Notes: a model not told the origin generated them from the letters alone. 64,000 nt of DNA from Heptranchias perlo (GCF_035084215.1 NC_090327.1:121768001-121832000), one strand, 5' to 3'. Shown: positions 13,759 through 25,629, numbered from the stretch's first letter. Translations and numbers: made by a program.

Positions 13759-14465
13759 TGTTGACCGGAGGTCACAGGTTACGGTTACTGGCTTAGTACA
13801 AAGAGGAGAAGAGTCAATTCTCTCTTAACTCTCAATTCATTTTATTGAAGCCGTTAGATCATATACATATAGCTTATACATCTGGTTAGATATAGACATG
13901 CAGTTTGCACCAGGTTATACAGTTTTATACCCAAACTAGGATCTAAACGCACACCCACTAGGTTTCTCTAACACACCCTGAGTGGTCACAGAATATAAAG
14001 GATAATACCCGAAAAGGAGATCTGATGCTGGCCAGGCGTTCCATTCTCTCTCTCTCACGTCGTCTCTACGTCCCTGACGTAGGTTCTTCCACTTCTGCGA
14101 TGGTTGGTCTCCGGAGTCTTCGCTCTGGCTCCACGCCCCAGATCCTTCATTCTTATTCTGAATCTTATCTCTTCAAGCTGTGTTGTCTCTCTCTTTCATT
14201 GGTTTAGGCTTGCTCGCCTAACCTGTGTCTTCTCCTCATTGGCTCCATCCCAAGGACTTAGGTAGCATTATCTCATTACTCCTTTTCTAAATAAGGACTT
14301 GTGTCTTATCACATCTCCTTTGTCTTTCACAAAACTTAGCTAATTCAAACTGGTTCCAGCCAGCTCAGGCCAGCGACTGAACTCAGGTTACTTCAGTTCA
14401 AAAGTTGCTCTTGCCTGTGTGTCAGCAGCTGGGCTCCGGTTACTTTCTGCAGCCCCTGGCCAACA
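13759..14465 (-). mobile_element. Solo LTR inserted in a CR1 fragment
   Basis: TG...CA ends with imperfect inverted termini (TGTTGACCGG / CTGGCCAACA); near-TSD atct/aact; host CR1 sequence acattga|actccatc resumes after it; AATAAA on - strand near 13840. Confidence 0.7.
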
Positions 14466-15300
14466 AACTCCATCTGCCATAGTTTTGTCCACTCACTTAA
14501 TCTGTCTATGTCCCTTTATAATTTGCTGCTCCCATCTACACATCTTACTGTGTCATCTATAAACTTGGATATACAATTCTCTATTCCTTCATCCACTGAT
14601 AAGTATGGTAAAAATATGAGGCCCCAGTACAGATCCCTGGGGAACCCCACTTGTCAGATACCGTCAATCAGAATATGTTCCCTTTATCCTTACTCTCTGT
14701 CTCCTATCTCCCAACCAATTACCAACCCATGTTACCTCTAATTCTTTGAGCTTTCATTTTTTGCTAGTATCTTGTGCAGAACCTCATCAAATGCAACCTG
14801 GAAGTTCATAAAAACAACATCGATAGACTCTCCCCTGTTTACTATGTTAGTGACCGCCTCAAAAAATTCATCTAGATCGGTCAGACGTGACCTACCCTTC
14901 ACAAATCCTCGCTGGCTCTCTTTGATCAGCTCATACTTGTCCAAATGTTCAGTCACTCAGTCCCTGATAATAGATTCCAGTCTCCGCCTCACAGTTTCTG
15001 AATCTAGAGAGTTTTGGAGAATTATGACTAAGTCATCTGTAATTTCCTCACCTGTTTCTTTTGCTACCCTAGGGCATCAGTTCCTGGAGATTTATCCACC
15101 TTAAGTCTCATTATTTTTATAATTACCATATGTTTTAACCAAATTCACTAAGCTCCTCTCCTTGACTTATTTTTACCTTACCTTGTACAGCTGGTATTTT
15201 GTCCTCTTCCTCTACTATGAAAACAGTTACAAAATAATCGTTTAACAAGCCTGCCATTTCCTCATTATCGATTTTAGTCTCACCTACGTCTGTCTTTAAT
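14466..15300 (-). mobile_element. Degenerate CR1 RT fragment
   Basis: ORFs 14738-14956 (ESQRGFVKGRS) and 15135-15350. Confidence 0.75.
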
Positions 15301-15764
15301 GAGCCCGCAATTCCAAACTGGTGGACACCGCAGGGACTGGAGTGCATCATTGATCAGGAAAATAAAATTATTATTTGACTTTGTTTATTTGGTTCCGATT
15401 TGTGCTTTTTATATAAAAATAAAGTTAAACCCTACCCCCACCTTTTTATAAAAGGGGGAAAAGAGAAAAAAACAATTCCAAACTAACCCTAACCCTCTTC
15501 CTGCCACCCCCTCCCCTCCCCCCCCCCCACCCCCACCAAAGGGGAATGAAACAAAAGGCAGATTATAAATGTATCACAAAATCTTACATTACTCGTCCCT
15601 CCGGCGCCGGGTGTGCACCGGGGACCATCATGAGTGGATAATACTGCGGGTTCTAGCAAGAGGCAGAAGCTCACAGTTCACTTTGGGCGGTCACTTGCTC
15701 CGAGTCTGTCGTTGCTGTTTCCGGGCTCGGGCATTTCCACAGCAGACTGTCCCAGAGAAGAGAC

Positions 15765-15804
15765 ATGTCGCCTTACTTAGCCCTGGCGCTCGCTCTTCTG
15801 CCTT
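15765..15804 (+). CDS. TRGV: TCR gamma V segment B, leader exon (MSPYLALALALLP)
   Basis: ATG, signal peptide, consensus phase-1 donor GTAAGT at 15805. Confidence 0.88.
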
Positions 15805-16013
15805 GTAAGTTTGGCAGGAGGCAATTAAACAGTGCAAAAAAACCTCTGATATAGAATCAATCTTACAGTTCAGAAGGAAGCCATTCGGCCCATCGTGCTT
15901 ATGCCGGCTCTTTGAAAGAGCTACAATATCTGCAGCACCGTGTGTTGTTGTAGAGACTTTCTTATCATCTCTGGTCTTTTGGTTGTAATCTCTCTCTCGC
16001 TCTCTCTCTACAG

Positions 16014-16328
16014 CCGCTTGTGTAGCTGTCGTGTCCTTGAAGCAGGAGGTCTTATCCATCACCAGGGCCTCGGGGAAAACGGCGCGATTCGTGTGCCAGG
16101 TCGAAGGGTTGAGCAGTATAGCAACAACCCCCATCCAATGGTACCAACAGAAAGGGGCAGTCATCCGCCTGATCCTCTATTACGTGACCCAGGATAATGC
16201 TATAGTGGAACCAAACTTCACCCCACGGTTCAAAGCCGAAAAACTGGAACGTGATGCTATCTGTACTCTTATAATCGATAACATCGAGCTGAGCGACTCC
16301 GCCACGTATTACTGCTCCGTTAACGTGG
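16014..16328 (+). CDS. TRGV: TCR gamma V segment B, V exon (J-proximal)
   Basis: Pyrimidine tract and CAG acceptor at 16011-16013; Ig V domain with FVC, IQWYQQK and SDSATYYC; followed by a 23-RSS. Confidence 0.9.
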
Positions 16329-16367
16329 CACTGTGATATTGTTGTATTGACTCTTCATACAAAAACC
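16329..16367 (+). other. 23-bp-spacer RSS of V-B
   Basis: CACTGTG + 23 nt + ACAAAAACC. Confidence 0.93.
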
Positions 16368-16772
16368 TCCCGCGTTGTAAAGCTGTAGAAAGAAGTTTCT
16401 GGAGTTTATCGACCCATCAGCCCCCAAAACCGCAGTAGCGAGATAGTGGCACCTCTCGAAATTAAATTTAAGAGATTTCCCCCATTAGATTGCCAAACCG
16501 TGGGGTCACAAGGCACGCCCTCCTTCCAGGTGTTGAGACAACCCCCCCCCCCTCCCCCTTTGCTCATCATTCACTGCAGATCCATTACCCTTGGGGCACC
16601 CACACTCAACACTAGCGTCTCAACCTGGCGCTTTCCACAGCAAACGGGTCCCTTGTGCATTGAGGCGAGTCATTGATCCCCGAGCAAAGCGGCAACGCCA
16701 GTTTTCACCAGCTCCACCAACTACCTCTATCTCTATAAGTGAAGCCCGCTATAACTGTGGACAGGCCGGGCC

Positions 16773-17769
16773 TCAACAACAACAACAACGTGCATTTATA
16801 TAGCACCTTTAACATATAGTACAACTTCCCAGGGCGTTTCACAGGAGCGATTATCAAACAAAATTTGACACAGAGCCACATAAGGAGATATTAGGACAGG
16901 TGACTTGGTCAAATAGGTAGGTTATAATGAGCATCTTAAAGTGGGAGAGAGAGGTATAGAGATGGAGACATTTGGGGAGGGAATTCCAGAGCTTAGGGCC
17001 TAGGCAGCTGAAGGCAGGGCCACCAATGGTAGTGATTAAAATTGGGGATGCGCAAGGGGTAAGAATTGGAGGAGTGCAGTGATCTCGGAGGGTTGTAGGA
17101 CTGAAGGAGGTTACAGAGATAGGGAGGGGCGAGGCCATGGAGGGATTTGAAAACAAGGATCAGGATTTTAAAATCGAGGCGTTACCATACCAGGAGCTAA
17201 TGTAGGTCAGTGAGCACAGGGATGACAGCTGAACAGGGCTTGCTATGAGTTAGGATATGGGCAGCAGAGTTTTGGATGAGCTCAAGTTTATGGAGGATGG
17301 AAGATGGGAGGCCAGCCAGGAGAGCATTGGTATAGTCAATTCTAGAGGTAACAAAGGCACGGATAAGGGTTTCAGCAGCAGATGAGCTGAGGTGGGGCAG
17401 AGATGGGTGATGTTACGGAGGTGGAAGTAGGCGGTCTTGGTGATGGAGTGGATATGTGGTTGGAAGTTCATCTCAAGGTCAAATAGGATGCCAAGGTTAC
17501 AAATGGTCTGGTTCAGCCCCAGACACTGGCCAGGGGAGGGATGGAGTTAATGGCTAGGGAATAGAGTTTCTGGCGGGAACCGAAGACAATGGCTTTGGTC
17601 TTCCCAATATTTAGTTGAGGAAATTTTTGCTCATCCAGTACTGGATGTCGGACAAGCAGTGTGACAAATCAGAGACGTGGAGAGGTGAAGGAGATGGTGG
17701 TGAGGTAGAGTTGAGTGTCATTAGCCTACATGTGGAACCTGACGTGTTTTCAGATGTCTACAAGTAAAT
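16773..17769 (-). mobile_element. L2-like LINE 3' fragment with 28-bp TSD
   Basis: (caa)n tail; L2-like peptides (KTAYFHLRNI, LWNSLP); duplication cccgcta(t/c)aactgtggacaggcc(g/a)ggcc at 16745-16772 and 17770-17797. Confidence 0.8.
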
Positions 17770-19988
17770 CCCGCTACAACTGTGGACAGGCCAGGCCATT
17801 TTGTTTTCTCACTCACTAGTGAGAACCTCCAGAGGGGTTGATTGAACTTTTCAAACTTTTATCTAGTTGAAATCATCTAACGCGATTGAACCTGGCATCT
17901 TTCTGCTCTGTCCACCTCAGCACCTTGTTCGGTATCCCATTCACTCGCTGAACCACCAGGATGTGATTTCAATAAGTTTTGAAAGTACCATGATATGTGC
18001 AGAATCTGAGAACACTAAGAATCTGATAGGGAACAGAGAGATTGTTGATATAAGAATGGATGGTGCCAAGAAGAAGAGGTTGGGTAGTGAGGGGCTGAGT
18101 TAGAAAAATGATGGAATTCACAAAGGAATTGAGTTAGATGTGGGTTACTGAGAAATTGGGGGCAAAACTGCGAAGTGTAGAGGGAAGGGTCAGATTTGGA
18201 GAAAGGTTAGTGAGAGTAAGGAATGGGGAAAGAGGAGATAGAGGCAGCATGATAGATTGGCTTAATTTTGGAAAAAATGCATGAACTTAAAAGTGAAGGT
18301 GAAGGGTGGAGGGAGGTTGAAGGAAACTTTTTGGGATGGGGAAGAAGAGTTTGGAGTTGTTCTTACTTTTCAGAATGAGTTCATATTAATTGTAGCACTT
18401 GGCTGTCGAGAGAGTGGGTGCTACTGCTTGAGGTGGTCACGCCAGATCTGACAGTGGGCAGCCAGGCTAGTTGTATACCATTTGTCCTCTAGTCTGCAGC
18501 CCATGAATGTGAGTCCACATGAAGGTAACTGTTGTACAAGGAGTATGGTGATGGTGGAAGGCTAACTGGAATCTGGCAGAGATATGGGTGTCAAAAATGG
18601 ACAAGATGATTATGGGCCAGATCATGGACATTGTGTGGGTTATCAGCCAGAGGAGAGGGAGTTGGGTGTTAAAGAGGACACCTGTGTCAGAGTTAGGGGG
18701 TCGTTTTCCAGGATTGTTGGAAATAACTCTGGAATCAGATCACAATGTGAGAAACAGTATTTCAGCCAACAATCAACTGCACATTTTACTCAAGAACTAA
18801 TCGATATTAAACAATTTAAATGGTGCCACTGAGGAATTTTACAAGTGAGGTTTTTATCCCCCTCCTCTTGTATTTCTAAATACAGTATTGACCTATCAGA
18901 GACACTAGTCAAGGAGGCAGGTTTCCTCTGTTTTAAAATTGGTGATTAATAATCACGATAACCTGCACAGCTCTCAGAACAAACTGCTAATGAAGAGATT
19001 CTTCATTCTAAACATTTCTCTGAGTTTTCTGCATCTACTTTGTGCTTTGAAAATATCCTGATGCTTTATTTTAATCTTTGTAACTGTTAAGGCCTTGTTA
19101 AGGTCCAGTTGATGTTGCAGGTACTTATCTCCTTTGCAAGTGAAACCAGAACAGCAGGAATTATGACCTCCAATGATGATATTTCATCATGACTTATTGT
19201 CACTGGTGCGGGAACGCAGTATCCCAAGGGTAAGCAGGAGAGCAATTGATAAATCCACAGCATAGGAATAGTGGTCATAGGTGAATTTTGATTATTGCAG
19301 CAGCAGGCAGTGGTGGAGAAGTAGAGAGTGGGTTGGGACCACAGAAGGTGTGGGACTTGCACTAATAACACTAGGCACTTCCTCAACAGTGGGTCTATGT
19401 AATCAAATAGACTCCCTTGGGCTGACAGAGGGGCAGGACGATGAGACTCAGTAGGGAGGTCTGTCACTGAGATCTGCTATTTGTTAGTGGAAGATTTCAG
19501 TGAATGAAATTGGGATCAAAATCTTCTCTATCCAGCCATATCCTAACACTTTCACACATGTTATGATGGGGAATGATTGGTTACTCTTTGTAAGATCATC
19601 TGCACTCATTGATAAGACACAATGTCACTGCTAAAAAGCAGACAGCATGTATTATAAACCTTTCATTCTGTATTGTCATTGCATTGATGCATCTCTTCAC
19701 AGTGCAGACCACATGCCATTGGCCTCTCACTTTCACATCGTTCTTTCTCCTGTTATGTTTTTCTTCCATCAATGTTACAATATTTTTATACAACTGAATA
19801 AATATGCGATACCCTAATAGAAAGAAAGCTAGAAAGATTTGCATTTATATAGCACCTTTCATGACCTCAGGAGTTCCAAAGTGCTTTACAGCCAATGAAG
19901 TGCTTTTGAAGTGTAGTCACTGTTGTGATGTAGGAGTAAGTGTATATGTGTCCATGTCATCCAATGTCTTGGTAACTCCATACTCCTC

Positions 19989-21454
19989 TTTGTGTACACA
20001 TCTCCCTTGCTAATTCTGTGGCGTGGACACAAACACAACCTATGTGGCTCGTTCTGTGTCACTGTCACGATGGTGGGACTGTGTGTTTGTGGTTACAAGG
20101 AGCTTGGATTGGGAAATTGTGAGCTCATTAAGTTTAATGTGCAGAAAATCACAGACTATGGTCTTGTAACTTTCTGACCTGGGCTCGCTACAAGTACCAC
20201 TCCACACCGAGTGGTCCAATTGCAGCATCAGCCCCTTATTGAATTTGTTTGGTGTATGACAGGAATCCAGCCAGTTATAATAAAGAAAAAATTCCATTTG
20301 ATACAGAAACTTTCATGACCTCAGGATGTCCCAAAGTGCCTTTTGTGTACACATCTCCCTTGCTAATTCTGTGGCGTGGACACAAACACAACCTATGTGG
20401 CTCGTTCTGTGTCACTGTTGCATAGACCTAATGGCCACGAGAGGATTTGAATGCAGGGTGGAATTTTTAAGCAAACTCACTGGGACATGGGTAGCCAGTG
20501 CAGTGCGGTACTTTCCATGGGTGAGAATGTGGCAGCAGCATTTTGAATGAATTGTAATTTGTGCAGGGTTGAGATAGGACATTGACTAGGAGAGTGTTAG
20601 AGATGTCAAGACTTGAGGTGATGAAGGCATGGACTAGGGTTTTGGTGACAGTGGGGAGAGCTGGGGGCAGTGGCAGGAGATACTGAAGAGGTTGAGGAAT
20701 ACGCCAAAGTTCAACCCCTTCTGATAGCCTGCATCAGTGTCACAGAACAAGCTATGTAGGGTGTGTTAAACAACCATGGCTCAGTGGGTAGTACTCTCAC
20801 CTCTGAGACAGAAGGTTGTGGGTTTCAAGTCCCACTCCAGAGATTTGAGCACATAATCCAGGCTGATACTCCATTGCAGTACTGAGGGAGTGCTGCACTG
20901 TCAGAGATGCCAATTTTTGGATGAGACGTTAAACTGAGGCCCCATCTGCCCTCTCCGGTGGACGTAAATGATCCCATGGCGACTATTCAAAGAGGAGCAG
21001 GGGAGTTCTCCCTGGTGTCCTGGCCAATATTTATCTCTCAACCAACATCACTAAAAACAGATTATCTGGTAATTATCACATTGCTGTTTGTGGGACCTTG
21101 CTGTGTGCAAATTCGCTGCTGCATTTCCTAAATTACAACAATGATTACACTTCAAAAGTACTTAATTGACTGTAAAGCACTTTAGGACATCCTGAGGTCA
21201 TGAAAGCTTCTGTATCAAATGGAAATGTTTCTTTATTATAACTGGCTGGATTCCTGTCATACACCAAACAAATTCAATAAGGGGCTGATGCTGCAATTGG
21301 ACCACTCGGTGTGGAGTGGTACTTGTAGTGAGCCCAGGTCAGAAAGTTACAAGGCCATAGTCTGTGATTTTCTGCACATTAAACTTAATGAGCTCACAAT
21401 TTCCCAATCCAAGCTCCTTGAAACCACAAACAACACAGTCCCACCATCGTGACA
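19989..21454. repeat. Local direct plus inverted duplication (A - inverted B - A ... B)
   Basis: 19989-20065 matches 20342-20418 (direct); 20063-20343 is the reverse complement of about 21174-21454. Confidence 0.85.
20775..21200 (+). mobile_element. tRNA-derived DeuSINE (SacSINE1-like), near full length
   Basis: tggctcagtgg A box, gtttcaagtcc B box, Deu-like core gatgagacgttaaac...gatcccatggc; same family as 13170. Confidence 0.75.
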
Positions 21455-22179
21455 TTGAATTACTATTTCACCCCAGAAAATTCAGATGTTGACTGGAAAT
21501 TTCCCCCTGGGTTGGTTAGTATCAGTAATACAATCGGACAAAAAGACTTGATGGGCCCAAAATCCGCAGCCCTTCCGTCAGGAATGCACCAAAGGGCCAG
21601 AACTGAGGCTGGGGCCGGGCCAGGCCTTCACCACCAGGTTCCTGTGGATCCTGTCTGGGATGGAGGCTCTACCAGTCCTGAACATGGACACCTATGCAAT
21701 GGGAGGAGGAGCAGGACTGGGCACAGGGATTCCTGGGCCGGGCTGAATATCAGTGGGTCGCTATCCCGAGTGAAAAGAGGTGCATCAACCTGACAACCGA
21801 CGGGTGAGAAATCCACCTGGGGGACTGGGCCTAGGGATCTGGGCTTTGGATTGGTCCTGGGGGTCTGAGCTTGGGATTGGGCCTGGGCCTGGGGGTTGGG
21901 GATTGAGGTCTGGGAATGGGGATTTGGGCCTGGGAATGGGCCCGGGTCCCTAAAGATTTTTAAATGGTTTAAACTTTTTTTAGCCCTTTTATAAAGGGAT
22001 CCAATGGGCACAATTTTGGGATTTTTCTTGGGAGAGGGGGGTGCCCCCCCCAAAATGGGCACATCTGCCGCATTTTGCAGCTCTTTCATCTGGCAGGTGC
22101 ATGTCCTAGACCGGGTTTAGGCAAGGTCCTCAACACCATGATTTAAATTGGGTGACTTCCCCCAAACCTCACATAAACT

Positions 22180-22325
22180 GGTGAGTCAGCTCCAGAGGTC
22201 ACTCGAGGGTCAGCTCCAGAGGTCACTGGTGGGTCAGCTCTGGAGGTCACTGGTGGGTCAGCTCCGGAGGTCAATAGCAGGTCATCTCCAGAGGTCACTG
22301 GTGGGTCAGCTCCAGGGGTCACTGA
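22180..22325. repeat. 24-bp tandem repeat, about 6 copies
   Basis: (ggtgggtcagctccagaggtcact)n. Confidence 0.85.
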
Positions 22326-22451
22326 CAGATGGGCTCCCGTGATCTCTGGTGGACAGTACCTGGTATTTGTACTGCGATAGTCGGTCAGCCCGTGGATTTC
22401 AGTACCCGAGTGTGTGGCGTTAAGTTACTGCTCTGCCCTGTAACTTATGAG

Positions 22452-24125
22452 TAATTTTAACCTAACTCATTTTTTTTTTTATTCGTTCACGGGATGTGGG
22501 CGTCGCTGGCGAGGCCAGCATTTATTGCCCATCCCTAATTGCCCTTCAGAAGGTGGTGGTGAGCCGCCTTCTTGAACCGCTGCAGTCCGTGTGGTGACGG
22601 TTCTCCCACAGTGCTGTTAGGAAGGGAGTTCCAGGATTTTGACCCAGCGACAATGAAGGAACGGCGATATATTTCCAAGTCGGGATGGTGTGTGACTTGG
22701 AGGGGAACGTGCAGGTGGTGTTGTTCCCATGTGCCTGCTGCTCTTGTCCTTCTAGGTGGTAGAGGTCGCGGGTTTGGGCGGTGCTGTCGGAGAAGCCTTG
22801 GCGAGTTGCTGCAGTGCATCCTGTGGATAGTGCACACTGCAGCCACGGTGCGCCGGTGGTGAAGGGAGTGAATGTTCAGGGTGGTGGATGGGGTGCCAAT
22901 CAAGCGGGCTGCTTTATCTTGGATGGTGTCGAGCTTCTTGAGTGTTGTTGGAGCTGCACTCATCCAGGCAAGTGGGGAGTATTCCATCACACTCCTGACT
23001 TGTGCCTTGTAGATGGTGGAAAGGCTTTGGGGAGTCAGGAGGTGAGTCACTTGCCGCAGAATACCCAGCCTCTGACCTGCTCTCGTAGCCACAGTATTTA
23101 TATGGCTGGTCCAGTTAAGTTTCTGGTCAATGGTGACCCCCAGGATGTTGATGGTGGGGGATTCGGCGATGGTAATGCCGTTGAATGTCAAGGGGAGGTG
23201 GTTAGACTCTCTCTTGTTGGAGATGGTCATTGCCTGGCACTTATCTGGCGCGAATGTTACTTGCCACTTGTGAGCCCAAGCCTGGATGTTGTCCAGGTCT
23301 TGCTGCATGCGGGCTCGGACTGCTTCATTATTTGAGGGGTTGCGAATGGAACTGAACACTGTGCAGTCATCAGCGAACATCCCCATTTCTGACCTTATGA
23401 TGGAGGGAAGGTCATTGATGAAGCAGCTGAAGATGGTTGGGCCTAGGACACTGCCCTGAGGAACTCCTGCAGCAATGTCCTGGGGCTGAGATGATTGGCC
23501 TCCAACAACCACTACCATCTTCCTTTGTGCTAGGTATGACTCCAGCCACTGGAGAGTTTTCCCCCTGATTCCCATTGACTTCAATTTTACTAGGGCTCCT
23601 TGGTGCCACACTCGGTCAAATGCTGCCTTGATGTCAAGGGCAGTCACTCTCACCTCACCTCTGGAATTCAGCTCTTTTGTCCATGTTTGGACCAAGGCTG
23701 TAATGAGGTCTGGAGCTGAGTGGTCCTGGCGGAACCCAAACTGAGCATCGGTGAGCAGGTTATTGGTGAGTCAGTGTCGCTTGATAGCACTGTCGACGAC
23801 ACCTTCCATCACTTTGCTGATGATTGAGAGTAGACTGATGGGGCGGTAGTTGGCCGGATTGGATTTGTCCTGCTTTTTGTGGACAGGACATACCTGGGCA
23901 ATTTTCCACATTGTCGGGTAGATGCCAGTGTTGTAGCTGTACTGGAACAGCTTGGCGAGAGGCGCAGCTAGTTCTGGAGCGGGATTGGGTGGAATACCTG
24001 TTTTACACCCGGCCCCCAGTATAGCTCTCTATTGACTTCAATGAAGAGTAAAATCAGTCGGGATGCAAAACCGGCATTGATCCCGAATCCATCATTTGCC
24101 CGACAGGTGAGTTAGGTTAAAATTA
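22452..24125. mobile_element. MITE-like element with 18-bp terminal inverted repeats, split by a LINE
   Basis: taattttaacctaactca (22452-22469) is the exact reverse complement of 24108-24125; a related copy lies at about 35856-35992. Confidence 0.6.
22470..23980 (-). mobile_element. 5'-truncated non-LTR retrotransposon (CR1/L2 superclade), RT C-terminal half
   Basis: ORF 22535-23695 with LDIKAAFDRVWH, GVPQGSVLGP and MFADD; poly-T tail at 22470. Confidence 0.9.
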
Positions 24126-24177
24126 ACCCCCCGCCCCGCTCAACACTGCAAACAACCGCGGCCGTGGTTTTGGAACT

Positions 24178-24186
24178 TTCTGGGAA
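24178..24186. promoter_or_regulatory. STAT5-type GAS motif upstream of the J cluster
   Basis: TTCTGGGAA, about 270 bp 5' of the first J relic. Confidence 0.45.
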
Positions 24187-24451
24187 TATGGAGTAAACTT
24201 GGAGCCACTGAACCTGTCAGGCCCTTTTATGGAAATTAAACGTCAATCAGATCGACAGTGGAAACCTTTCGTTCATTGGAATGAGAGTGTGCCCGAGAAT
24301 GGATCGCAGAATATATCAGCTCCAGGAAACCAGATAACTGCTGCAGACGGGAGACCACTTCAAGAATTTCCATCAATGTTCTGGGGGCCCGGGGACATGT
24401 GAATTCATAAGGTTAAAGCTACAAATGATAAGAGGTTGAACTAAACAGTCT

Positions 24452-24517
24452 AGTTATTGTGAGCTGGTTTAATACTATGGTTTGTTTTCAGCTTTGGTAC
24501 CAGATTGGTTGTGACAG
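24452..24517 (+). pseudogene. TRGJ: TRGJ ORF/pseudogene (FVFSFGTRLVVT)
   Basis: AGTTATTGT + 12 nt + defective heptamer TACTATG; FSFG replaces FGxG; donor G|GTAAAC. Confidence 0.7.
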
Positions 24518-24524
24518 GTAAACT

Positions 24525-24830
24525 CCATCCTAACCCTAAACCTAATCCTCACCCTCATCCGCACCTTCACGCTATCCCTCACCCTCACCCTAACCCTCAC
24601 CCTCAACCAATCCCTCAGCCTCACCCTAACCCAACCATCACCTTGTCCCTCACCCTTACCCCATCCCTAACCCTACCGCTAACCTTCATCCTCACCATCA
24701 CCCTATTCCTCACCCTCACCCTCACCCCATCCCTAACCCTACCCCTAACCTTCATCCTCACCATCCACCCTATTCCTCACACTCACCCTCACCCCAACTC
24801 TAACCCTATCCTTGACCCTATCCCTATCTC
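24525..24830. repeat. Degenerate (CCCTAA/CCCTCA)n telomere-like microsatellite
   Basis: Hexamer periodicity: taaccc, tcaccc, tatccc. Confidence 0.85.
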
Positions 24831-25025
24831 TAACTGCATGGGGCGATGGGCAAAGAGTGAAGCGCCAGTCGGCTGGTCGGTGCGATATTGGAGTTGGTGT
24901 GAGTGTGAGAGGGGGAACACGAGCCCTCAGCAGTTTAGTATGGGAAGCGTGAAACGGGTAATATGGCAGGAAGATCACTGGAGTGAAATCATGGGATTCC
25001 TTCGCGTTAATAGATTGGTGTGAAA

Positions 25026-25101
25026 TTTTTTTGCGAGTTAGTTTAACTGTTATTCGAGTGAGTCCGGACAGACTGGGCACTGGGACCAAACTCCATCACA
25101 G
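25026..25101 (+). pseudogene. TRGJ: TRGJ pseudogene (LGTGTKL, frameshifted)
   Basis: ggcactgggaccaaactc core shared with the intact J at 26404; donor G|GTGAGG; degraded RSS. Confidence 0.65.
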
Positions 25102-25199
25102 GTGAGGCTTTGGTGTGAGCGGCGAGGTAAGTTACAGTAACTTAACTCGGTGTGCTCACTAACCGGGTTACTAGTGATGGTAGTTAGTTAGTGTAATGG

Positions 25200-25246
25200 C
25201 TGAATCTCTGGAGAATTCGGCACTGGGGCTGGACCGACTGTCACAT
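25200..25246 (+). pseudogene. TRGJ: TRGJ pseudogene (GEFGTGAGPTVT)
   Basis: FGTG motif and phase-1 GTGAGG donor; no recognisable heptamer. Confidence 0.6.
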
Positions 25247-25371
25247 GTGAGGCGCGATGGTTTCGGGTAACTGCAGGTTCAATGAAGCAAAACCTTTGTA
25301 ATCGGGAACAGAGGCCGTTCGGGGCGGGCTGGTGCCCCAGGGGGGTTATTGTAAAGTGATGTAACACCGTG

Positions 25372-25428
25372 CCACCTCTGGTGCTTGGAGAAAAATCTTC
25401 GGCTCTGGGACTCGGCTCATTGTTTCAA
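25372..25428 (+). CDS. TRGJ: Intact TRGJ segment (TSGAWRKIFGSGTRLIVS)
   Basis: 12-RSS GGTTATTGT (25344-25352) + 12 nt + CACCGTG (25365-25371); WxKIFGSG; phase-1 GTAAGT donor. Confidence 0.92.
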
Positions 25429-25542
25429 GTAAGTTTTGTGTGAGCGGCGATATGTTCAACTAGAGGGCTCCGAGAGATCTGTTTAAATAAATATCACCGG
25501 GTGTCTGGTGTTGTCTGTCTAATGTTCACTGTGAGTTCGGGT

Positions 25543-25629
25543 GGTTACTGTACGAGGTTGTAACACCGCGAGTGCCGGGTGCATACAATGAAAGTCCACA
25601 GAACTGGGGCTAAACTCTTTTTGCTCCCG
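25543..25629 (+). pseudogene. TRGJ: TRGJ pseudogene (MKVHRTGAKLFLLP)
   Basis: GGTTACTGT + 12 nt + CACCGCG (essential CAC altered); FGxG lost; GTAAGT donor out of phase. Confidence 0.7.

Noticed and set aside
20775-20850. tRNA gene
   Set aside because: A/B boxes belong to a SINE head followed by a Deu-like core
16368-24450. D segments or additional V segments between V-B and the Js
   Set aside because: No paired RSS or Ig V motifs seen; V23/J12 needs no D
24505-25023. Pro/His/Thr-rich ORF
   Set aside because: Read-through from a J relic into the telomere-like microsatellite
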